Assembly (NCBI GenBank): GCA_905178155.1
Contig: CAJINV010000011.1
Coordinates: forward strand, 3,499,077-3,563,076
Source: Amoebophrya sp. A120
Lineage: Eukaryota > Protista > Dinoflagellata
DNA: 64,000 nt
Direction of reading: 5' to 3'
The translations under genes were made by a program, and so were the position numbers. The notes beneath the pieces are model-generated. The model searched no databases. It was given only the letters and a program-made list of their open reading frames with translations, and was not told the origin of the DNA. Shown here one piece after another: positions 11,540 through 21,418 of the stretch (positions are counted from its first letter, which is position 1; every line of letters starts with the position of its first letter).

Positions 11540-13469
11540 ATGGAGTTTCTTTCCGCGTGTGTGTCCACCGCGTCAGAATGCTGTACCGGCGAGGACATGG
11601 GGTATGGGGAAGCGACGATGCCGTATGGAAATTTAGAAACGCGCGATCTCCTCCACAATCAGATTGTGTTATTGCTCAGGCATGAAGATGTGGATGCGCA
11701 TGCGCAGCATAAAAGAAACGTGCTCAGCAGAAGCCTTTTTCTTTGCTGCTGCTTCTGCATCACATTCTGATCATGGCGAAGATGATCCCGCTTTTCTTTA
11801 CCATACTTAAACCCGCGCGAACAATCCGAATCGGGAAGAGGTCGAGTCCTTCTCCGCTATGGGAGCGGTATAATTCTCGAGTTTGCTAATGCATACTTAG
11901 TTTTTTTCCTTCTCCTTGTTGAGGATGACGACGACGATTAGAAATCGCAAATGCGCGGACTGCATGACTATAACACGAGAGCTTTATCATTATCATTATC
12001 CAACCAAAACAGTTCCCCACCCTCACCACCGCGGGAATAAAGCCATCCTTCCAGCTCGGAGCCCCAGCTCTTTCCCTCGGAGGTCGCACGTTCCACCAGC
12101 AAGAGTCAGAAAAGAGTTTCGCGTGCATGTACTTCGAGCAGGAAGTCCCGGACTTACAAACTCTCACGTCGGAACCCAGCAGTGCGCACGAGTTCCGATT
12201 TCAGCGCACCGGGGCGGTGTATTACGGTCAGTGGAAGGGGCGCGAGAGGCACGGTGTGGGACAGATGAGCTGGCCGGATGGGACCAAATACGTCGGGGAA
12301 TGGAGGGACAATAAGGCGCACGGCAATGGTTGAAAAGTTTGTTTGTCGTTTTGTACGTATTTAGTCGTTTTGGTTCTTATTTTTGCTACAAGACCACATG
12401 TTGAGAGGCGGTGTTGTTTGTTTTGTTTGGCTTTCGCTTTGTTGGGGGAAACACAAACATGAACATCTGCATGAAAGCAAACCCATCCAGGTCAACTCGA
12501 TTACGCCGACGGCGACCACTACTGTGGGCAGTTTCTGGAGAGCCGGTGCGAGGGTCTGGGTGTTTACATTCACGAACAGACCATCTACTATGGGCAGTGG
12601 TGGCGGGACGCACAACACGGCTATGGCGTTGAAACCTGGCCGGAGGGCAGTCGGTACGAGGGCGAATTCGCTTTTGGCGAAAAATCCGGCACTGGGGTCT
12701 ACACCTGGCCCGACGGAAGCAGTTACGAAGGCAACTGGGAGAAGAACAGGCTACAGGTAAGTACTTAAGTACTTGTTAAACAAGATGCATAAAAATCATG
12801 CCTTACCTCCTTGTTTGTTATTCAATCGGAATCAATACAACTCTCTGGATTTCACCGCGACAAAATCACCCGCACCCTTTCTTCAGGGCCAAGGTCTTTA
12901 CATCGCGAGCGAGAAGAATTTTCGCGGCGAATGGCAGGACAGTTTGATCCACGGGGTCGGTATTTACCGGTGGGGCGACGGACGTTCCTACGCGGGGGAG
13001 TACGAGAAGGACCGCAAGTATCCTGAGCAAAAACGTCCCCATCCGGGAGTCAAGATGGGAAATCAGCTAGACAAATCTACAACTTTTGGCTGTTGTGCAT
13101 AACAAGTTTGGGATATTAGTAGTGAGTGTAGTCGTCGTGCTTAGGTAGTGCAGCAGCATCACAGACTCAACTGCTTATCGTGATTCAAGCATGAGAAATT
13201 CTAAAACACAACCAGAAAATGCATCTCATGAGGCTGCGCATGAGAAAAATTTTCGCTAAGTAAGTAGATCTGCATCACAAGTACCACTACGGGATGAGGA
13301 CGGCTTTCCTCTGGACAGCCAGCACGGGTTCGGGACCTTCCAGTGGCCCGACGGCCGGCGGTACGAAGGCTTCTGGTCTGACGGGAAACAGGACGGCGAC
13401 GGTTTGTACACGCGGAAAGACGGGAGCCAGGTCCGTGGCGTCTGGGCGGCCGGGAAGCGGGTCAGCTGA
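11540..13469 (+). CDS. MORN-repeat protein
   Basis: Repeated YxG(E/Q)W..xxHGxG..WPDG motifs. Exons 11540-11623, 11811-11867, 12055-12328, 12491-12756, 12887-13018, 13323-13469; three GT-AG introns and two element-type introns. The first two exons are less certain. Confidence 0.88.
11624..11805. mobile_element. Degenerate introner (family H), TSD lost
   Basis: Eroded TIR TATGGAAATTTAGAAACGCGCGATC..ATCAGATTGTG / GCATCACATTCTGATC..GATCCCGCTTTTCTTTACCATA; flanks TGCCG and CTTAA no longer match, but removing element plus 5 nt gives in-frame MP/TRANNPNREE. Confidence 0.55.
13019..13317. mobile_element. Introner/MITE family B, degenerate right end
   Basis: Left TIR TATCCTGAGCAAAAACGTCCCCATCCGGGAGT; right end ACTACGGGATGAGGACGGCTTTCCTCTGGACA; TSD GCAAG/GCCAG; removal restores the MORN motif EYEKDRK/HGFG. 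Confidence 0.85.
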
Positions 13470-13783
13470 GGGGTTGCTAGGCGTGGGAAGGAAATGGCTT
13501 CTCGGAGGTTAGAGGATTTTCATTTTGTCGAAATTAATTGAGCAGGACATGATGGTCGTGCTCCTGCGCTTGATTGTATGATATGAAGTGTAACAACATC
13601 TAGCTCTAACGACGATGTAGAAAGTGAATTCTCTTTTCAGTGTACAAAAATTTCGGTCTTGGCTGCAATACCTGAAGCCAGAAGAGAGTGTGGAAGTGGA
13701 TTTATTTGAAAACGTACCCTGGATGACCACCACCACCCAATGCAAAGGCTTATGTTCTTTGATTTCAAGTTAGCTTTTCTTAC

Positions 13784-14221
13784 GATCGGATACTAATAAA
13801 TATTCCTGGATTTTCGGACCCCCGCGCCCCCTTTGAATCTTCTCAAAAAAAACGAAGGGCGCGACGGTCATTCTTATCAAGAGAAAAAGAGCGAACGCGA
13901 GAAAGTTGAGGAATTATTAGCACGACCCACAGCATTTTGCGGATTCAACAAGGGGTCCGGGGACGGGCTCCCATTTGTTTAGTAATATTTATCAATATCC
14001 GGATACTAATAAATATTCCTGGATTTTCGGACCCCCGCGCCCCCTTTGAATCTTCTCAAAAAAAACGAAGGGCGCGACGGTCATTCTTATCAAGAGAAAA
14101 AGAGCGAACGCGAGAAAGTTGAGGAATTATTAGCACGACCCACAGCATTTTGCGGATTCAACATACAAGGGGTCCGGGGACGGGCTCCCATTTGTTTCGT
14201 AATATTTATCAATATCCGATA
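13784..14221. repeat. Head-to-tail tandem dimer of a 213-bp MITE-like unit (intergenic)
   Basis: Near-identical units start at 13787 and 14000; each has inverted ends CGGATACTAATAAATATT ... AATATTTATCAATATCCG; the second unit has a 4-nt insertion; no TSD found. Confidence 0.85.
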
Positions 14222-14553
14222 GTAGACCAAGACGCAAGAGGACACAAGAAAACGTCTCTCATGACGAGCATTTCTTTCAGGGTGTTCACTCTGATGTAGA
14301 AGGGCGCGGCCGCTCAGGTTCTTCCTCGATCTTGATTTGACTGGTGTGGTCTGTCTTCTAGTCTAGTGTTTATGGCGTTCTTTCTGCAGCACTGTCACGA
14401 AGAAAAAGGCGAAAACTTAGACGATGTTATTGACCTTTCCGGACACACAACCAATCTATCATCCTGAAGTCGGAATCTACAGCACCAGCACGTCCGTGAC
14501 TAATTTTACTTCATCCGACAGGCACAGGCTACAAGCAAAAGAAAAAATAAAAA

Positions 14554-15709
14554 ATGGCGGGTCCTCCCGAGCTGGTAAGTATCTCTCCGCAAGGGCTCTT
14601 GCAATTTGCGACGACGGCGAAAGACCAGAAGTTGCTGATCAACAACGTCTTATGCATTGCAAAACTGTCGTACTCGTAGTAATCGCAGCACTGCATTACA
14701 GATTTCATCCTTTACCCAAATGAGCATGACAGTTCTGTGAAAATTTGTGATGCAATTCATACTTCCTAGCTTGTTCGACAATTTTGCAATGCATATGTGT
14801 CCGGAAAGCACGTTTGCTACAAAGTAAAGACAACTGCGCCGAAAAGCTACGTCGTACGGCCGAGCAATGACGTGCTGAAACCAGGAGGGTCCGCTACCGT
14901 GAAAATGTACTTACCATAATCGTTTGCTTTTCTCACTTCATCGCGTCCTTTACAGGAGTTCAAGTTTTCCTTCTCATAGAAGGGTTTTTCGTTGTTTCTC
15001 CTAACTAGCAGCTGGTGATAATTGACATTGTTCAAGCATTTGCATTTATACGACGACTACAGAGTGTTGCAAACCGACGACCTGAGCGTGATCACGCAAC
15101 ACCGCTTCATGGTCCAGGCCGTCCTGGCGGAGGGCGAGGAAAACATCACCAAGGAGCAATGGACCAGCATGGCGAAGAGTGAAATCCAGGAATTTCGGCT
15201 GAACGTGGAGCAATTGCAGCCGGGTGCTGCCACTCCGTCACCGGCCGCTCCAAACGCGCCCGCGTCGAACGACAACGCGAGGAACATATGAGCGTGCACA
15301 ACTCGTCCTCCCCCGCATTTGTATGCAGTCATGAGCAGCATCACAACCACCAACACACGTGGAGCCTGTGCATGACAAGTTCACGACGCGCCGAACGTCG
15401 TGCCGTTTCGGCTTCCGGAATTTGTAATGCAAACAGTGGGTGCCACACGACGCCAACTGTATTTGGGATTTTGCATCACAAATGAGGGGGAAGGAGAGTT
15501 GTGCGCCCTTATAGAACATCCAGAGGAAGTACGACGAGCTGGTCAAATACACGGTGAAACTGGAGGAAGAAACACTCGAGCTGCAACGGGAAAAGGAGGC
15601 CCTGGAGAAGCAAGCCCCAAAGTCGGGCGATTTGTCCCTGAACCTGTTCCACATGCTGCTTGCCGTGCTGGTCGCGGTGGCGCTCAGCAAACTACCACAG
15701 TACATGTGA
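14554..15709 (+). CDS. VAP/MSP-domain ER membrane protein (VAMP-associated protein family)
   Basis: Exons 14554-14650, 14801-14906, 15063-15286, 15519-15709 give LVSISPQGLLQF..NNVSGKHVCYKVKTTAPKSYVVRP (MSP signature), a coiled coil and a C-terminal TM helix. Confidence 0.9.
14651..14795. mobile_element. Introner/MITE family D
   Basis: TIR TATGCATTGCAAAACTGTCG ... CGACAATTTTGCAATGCATA; TSD CGTCT/TGTGT; removing 150 nt restores the MSP domain. Confidence 0.88.
15287..15513. mobile_element. Introner/MITE family C
   Basis: TIR TATGAGCGTGCACAACTCGTCCTCCCCCGCATTTG ... CAAATGAGGGGGAAGGAGAGTTGTGCGCCCTTATA; TSD GAACA; removal gives ARNI/QRKYDELV. Confidence 0.9.
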
Positions 15710-16568
15710 AGAAATCTGGTGTTGTTGTTCCAGTTGCTTTCGTACTTCTAGATGGTGTACAACCAATCTTGGATTCGAGCAGTGAAATTGATTTCATACT
15801 ACGGTGGAAAGCGAACATGAACAAAACATCTTGCGTTTGGTGTTGATGACATGGCTGCCAGTCGCTGAACGGTCGTGGTCGTGCAGAGGATGACTTTCCA
15901 CGCGGTTAAGTAAGAACCCGAACAAAATTAACGCAAAAGAAGACAGAGTCAAGTACGGCAGTAGAATCACTTTCGGAATCGAAGCTACGCAGTGCCGACG
16001 CCACAAATGTGGTGCTCCGTTGCGCTGTGAGCTTCTCCTCGTACCATCGCCTGGTTGTAGCATTTTGAAGCACCTGTTACTTTGCGATCTTTGTCGCTGT
16101 GTACTTTTTTCGTTTCTTCTTTTCGATCGTGTGTTGCGCTTCTTGTCAGGACGTTGGGTCAGTTTGCAAATACTGTCCACTGTTTGATGTGAAAGAAAGA
16201 AAAAGATGAAGATCAAATTTCACGATCATAAATTCGTAGACAGTTCTTGGTCCTGCTTCTTTCCGCATATTTTTTTGTTCTTGGTATCATGGTGGTCAAA
16301 TTCTATGATGGATCCTCCCAGAGAGGGTTTCTTGCCCGCAACCGCTCTACGGCCGTTATGAACGAAAGAAGATCCACTTCATTTCTGTTCTTTGTTTGTA
16401 CGGAAGACTTTTGGTATTACATTATCGTCGGCCCCGCATGACCATCTACAGTATCTACGAGTGAGTACTAAGTAATTGAACGAATCCAAGTTCTTTGTCC
16501 CTTTGCGATTAGGCAGTCAGAGCTTTTCTTTTGTTTGAAGCACATCACCCTTCTCACCTTGCACTGAA

Positions 16569-18465
16569 ATGAACATCCAAGACGAGAAAATGGGTGAAGC
16601 CGCAATGCCAGTGGATGTGACGGCAGCGAATGTTGTTGGCGGCCTGCAAATTCTGCCCGTGGCCCTGGCCGGCTTCGGAACCGTTGGGTGTGGCGTGCTG
16701 GAGCTGATGCTGAGAAACAACAAGAAGTTTGCGACCTTGTACGGGTTTCAGCTGAAAGTCGAGAAAATCCTCGTGCGCAGTCCGGCGAAGCACATCGAGA
16801 ACGTATACCGCGCATGACCATGATGTGTTTTTTTCGGAGATTTTGATTTCGACGTAAAGAGAATCAATTAAGTTTAACACCGGAAGAAAAAAATAAGTCA
16901 AGCCCGCGATCTTTTCAAACTATATGAATGTATATCGAATGTAACCATTTACATGATACAGATCCGCAGCGACAAATTTCTGTCCTCCGCTATGGACGTT
17001 TCCGACCAGGCGCTCAACGCCCTTTTCACAACCAATCTCGCCGACTTTCAAACCTTCATCCGACCACAAACCGTACTGATCGAGCTGATCGGCGGGTGTA
17101 CCGACGCCAAACAGATCGTCTACGACGGTTTCGCGAAAATGGCCGGGTCGGTTATCACAGCAAACAAGGCACTGATTTACGGAAATTTGGCCGAAATTAG
17201 CAATCTCTCCTGCACTCCGCAGTACAAGAACTTCTTCGGGTTCGAAGCCGCGGTGTGTGGCGGGATTCCGATTATCAACACGGTCACCAGCGATTTTGTT
17301 TCGGACGAAATCCAAGCGATATCGGGCATCATGAACGGAACGACCAACTTCATTTTGTCAAAGATGGAGGTGGAAGGAGTAGCTTACCCGCCTGTTTTGA
17401 AAGAAGCGCAGGAACTCGGTATGAGACTTTGGTGGGGAGTTCGATTTTTTGCTTGCAGCTGCTACGCCTTCCTAGTTACGGTGGTCATTTTTGCGCATAC
17501 TGCAGCTGAACTCCTGGTGCGATTGCTGATGCTTATGGAAATTTTCACATATTTTCGTTGTTCTGGATAATAACTACAGGCTATGCTGAAGCCGACCCGA
17601 CCGCGGACGTGGAGGGGTACGATGCGCGTGACAAAATTGGCATTCTGGCCAAGCTCGCGTTCGGGGTCGCGCTCCCGTCCATTCCTTGCAAGGGCATCTC
17701 CGCGATTGAGAAAACAGACTTTGACGCCGCGAAAACGCTTTTGAACTCCAGCATCAAGCTCCTCGCCGTCGCAAAAAAGACGGGGAGTGGCGGCGTCAGC
17801 TGCTTCGTGTGGCCGCACTTGGTTCCGTTCGCGCACCCCATCGCGTCGTGTCGGGGGCCGACGAACTTGGTGACAGTCACGTCCCGGAACATGGGCGACA
17901 GTGTCTTTGTCGGGCCGGGGGCGGGAAGGTAGTTTGTTACTTCGCTATCTAAGGGGAAGCTCCACCCCTAGTCCTAGTACCTCCACAATTTCGTCACGAT
18001 CAACCTGTACGTAGATTTTTTTTCATGTGTACTTACTGTTACTCCTACTCGAAATTTTGATGGTCGTGGAGAAAAGTTACAGTTTTCTATCGAGATGCAA
18101 AACATTAACATCATTCCAGATACCCAACCGCCAATTCGGTGATGAACGATGTGGTAAAAGCCGGACAGATGATAGTCTCCAAATCCACCCCTCCCGCGCT
18201 TTTGAAGAGCAGTGGTGGAGACACAGCACAAACAGAGGCTCCCTTCGAACCCGACTTCCCGGCCAAGGGATTTTACCTGCGGTGCGGCGTACCTGGGAAA
18301 GATCCCCACGCGGCCGCCAGTGCGCTCGGTATCGAGTTGGTGAAGGTGGACTCGACTTTTGTTATTGGGCAGACCATCCTCATTACCGGCGCGTGCAACT
18401 ACTCGAAAGCAGCCGCCCTGGCGAAAGAAGTGGACTGCGCGCACGCTTATCCGGTGTATGGTTGA
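16569..18465 (+). CDS. hom: Homoserine dehydrogenase (monofunctional)
   Basis: Motifs AGFGTVG, TANKAL, FEAAVCGGIP, GIMNGTTNFIL, GYAEADPTADVEG, GPGAGRYPTA; GT-AG introns 16803-16961, 17419-17579, 17929-18119. Confidence 0.93.
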
Positions 18466-18772
18466 TATGGAAGCGTCAGGATCGAAATCGTCAAAGTTGA
18501 AATAGTTTGCGATGCATAAAATGCAACCCACAGAATGCCTGTCTTGCAGAGTAGGTAAGTAAGGTAGATTGTAAGCCTGTTGAGGGGTAGAAACTGAGTT
18601 GCTAAAGTAGCATGACAAAAGACGTCTTCCTCACCCAAACAGCATGACAAACTGGATTTCGGCTCTACCCAAATTTGTCATGCGCCACTTGGAGGCTGGG
18701 TTACAACTGGCATCCATTTTATGCATGACAAATCATTTCAACTTTGTCGATTTCAATCCTGACACATCCATA
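18466..18772. mobile_element. Introner-type MITE family G at the hom stop codon
   Basis: About 58-bp TIR TATGGAAGCGTCAGGATCGAAATCGTCAAAGTTGAAAT.. / ..ATTTCAACTTTGTCGATTTCAATCCTGACACATCCATA; perfect TSD GTTGA (18461-18465, 18773-18777); several GCATGACAA motifs. Confidence 0.88.
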
Positions 18773-19344
18773 GTTGAAGAGAACGGGCGCTTGTAGGTGG
18801 AGCTCCTGCTCTCACCGGGCGGGGACATGGTGGAAGTGAACTTTTCCCACCGGTCGGAACAAGTCCTTGACTTGTTTTTCGACGCGGAAATATGATTGAA
18901 GCGACCTAAGTAGTAGAACAAATCGTCCGGAAAAGACTATACCGGGCAGTTTTGTGTTTGAATCGCACTGCGATGTTTATGCTTGCAACGCGCCGCCCGC
19001 GTCGTTGAAGCAACGTTCATCCTTGTGCGCGACACAGTGAGACGCGACGATTTGCTTCATCAAATGGGCTACAGAGTAAACTTCTACAAGCGACTCCGCA
19101 CGACGACGAAACGCAAATAAAGTACAGCCTGGAGCTGAGCCACAAGCAGCGCGGAGTGGCTGCGTTCTGGCGATTTTTTTTCAATAGATACTGTTCTCCA
19201 TTTTGCGGTCGTCCCTGTGCTTCCGTTTTCACACAGTAAGCGGTTTTCATGGTGGTTTGTTTCAGCTTTCTTGTACAACTCGACTTGTCTATGATCAACC
19301 ACATACGCGTGCCCCCTAGAATTTTGGAAAGCAGTACTTACTTC

Positions 19345-20859
19345 ATGTCGTCTTCTGTCACCATGCAGCCGACTATTTTGGTCACCGGTGCGTCCGGGCG
19401 CATCGGGAAGGAAATTCTAGTCCAACTTCTGGAGCACTACACGAAAGTCTCCTCCGCGGCGACCATTGTCGGCGTGGTCCGCAACGAACAGAGGGCACAG
19501 GAGGTCAAAAGCTATTTGCAGCAGCGGGTCCCGGCAATGTTTAGTTCTGGCGGGGAAAATAAAAGCACGAAAAGTGGGAAACAAGTTCAGTTCGAAATCG
19601 ACTTCTGCGACGTGAGTTTGCAGTCCGACGTTTTAACCCTTGCGAAAAAGTGGCAGGACCGCCCTCTGCACGTTCTGATCAACAACGCAGCGGTGACGCC
19701 TGAGGAGCAAAAATTCACGAAAGAGAACATCGACCTGCAGTTTGCCACAAATGTCCTTGGCTACCACTGGATGATCAAGGCCTTTGAGCCGAACCTGCTC
19801 CTCGGCAGTAGTACCGCGAGCGGTAGTTCCAGCGGAGAAGCTGTTGAAAGTCGCATTGTCAACGTGGCGAGTTTATCAAATGCAAAAATGTCTGGGTCTG
19901 GAAGATTCCTACATTTGTCATGCGTGTCTGACATGACTCAAGAATCTGTGATGCATGGGCACGAAGCGGTCCTCTTTTCTCTCATGCAAACACGCAGTTT
20001 GCCATGCGGAACACGTAACACATAGGAGCCCAAAACATTTGTCATGCTTGGCTCCGTATTGCAGTGGAACTCTCGTTCACTGTTAGCATCACAAGTTTCC
20101 AGACCCAGACATTTTTACATTTGATAGAGTTTCTACGCGGGGGAACTGGATGTGTCCGACCCGGAATTCCGCAAACGGGAGTACGACGTTGACAGCAGCT
20201 ACCGAGCGTCGAAACAGGCGAACCGAATGCAATCGCGCGGCTTTGCGGATTTATTCGCAAACGAGGGCAAAAAAATCATCTGCAACGCGGTTCACCCGGG
20301 GATTGCGACCAGCAAAGTCAGCCTGGGGCTCGGGTTCGACCTGGACCGGAGTCAGGCGGCGGCGGAAGACTGTGCGCGGGGCCCGGTGCGTTTGGCGGTT
20401 GACAGTGGGGAGAAGAGAAGCGGAAAATACTTTGAGGGCGACAGTAAGAAGCCGTCAAGATGTAAGTGGCAAGAAGACAGTCAGAAAGTGGGGGAATTAC
20501 TAGACCTGTGTGAATCGTATTGTTCGGGTTTTTCTACTACTGTATCATCACGACGACCTGGGGGCGCCCTCGCCAATGTAGCTGCGACGTCAGCTCGAGG
20601 GTCGTCGGTGTCCACTCCAACGAGAGGTGAAGTGGTAGGTAAAGTCAACAAGGCTGCCAACGTGTGTGGGAAAGATGAAGCAGCAGGCCGCCGAGCAAGG
20701 TCTCGTTCCAGATTCTCAAGCCTGATCGGCGAAGTAGAGCCGGTAAGAGTAGGTCTTGTAGAGATGGGGTCTTTAGCACCCGTGTGGCATCATCAACATC
20801 ATGAAAGTAGTTCAGCTGAAATCATCGAGGAGCTAAAATTATCGAAGTCGTGGGGATAG
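19345..20859 (+). CDS. Short-chain dehydrogenase/reductase (retinol dehydrogenase-like SDR)
   Basis: TGASGRIG, LINNAA, FATNVLG, IVNVAS/FYAG across the element junction, catalytic YRASK, VHPG. Exons 19345-19873 and 20132-20859. Confidence 0.9.
19874..20126. mobile_element. Introner/MITE family A (inverted relative to the 2645 copy)
   Basis: TIR TATCAAATGCAAAAATGTCTGGGTCTGGAA ... TTCCAGACCCAGACATTTTTACATTTGATA; TSD GAGTT; removing 258 nt keeps the frame. Confidence 0.94.
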
Positions 20860-21418
20860 GAAAAACACGGGATCACTACTTATCCCGTTTCGATCGTAGT
20901 TCCTATTCCTTCTCGGCGAGATTCTAATTCGTTGTTGTGGTCGGAGTCGAGGTTTTTGTAACTGTCGAATCGTGCCCTTGGCTATAGTGGCGGCGCTCGT
21001 TATTTCGAATGCAGTTCCAGTGTGTGGCTTGCACTCTCTATGTCCTTCACGTCAATGTCTTGCTTCGCTCCTGTCGCGTCGTTTAAAGGGATATGCATAC
21101 TTAAGTAGTGGAGCAGTTTTGCACTCGTCTATATCGATCCATATTCATATCGTCGTGGCAACGTAACGACCTTACAGAATCACTGCTGTGGAGATCAGGG
21201 CTTTGTCTGGAGAAAATCGTGGGAAAAAATCATCTTGGAAAGAAACCCACTTTTTGTGAAAAATTTCCATCAGCTTCATCTCATATTGTCATTTTCGAGA
21301 CCTAGTTCCTGGTCTCAAGCTGGTACAGTCGCAAATTGAACCAACGACGAGCTTTCAATGCCCTAAACTGATTGTCATTGCGCTTGGGCTTGTAGAAGTT
21401 GCGCCATAACGATAAAGA

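Noticed and set aside
14575-14580. GTAAGT as a splice donor in the VAP gene
   Set aside because: The frame continues through it as the MSP N-terminus (LVSISPQGLLQF) up to the element at 14651.
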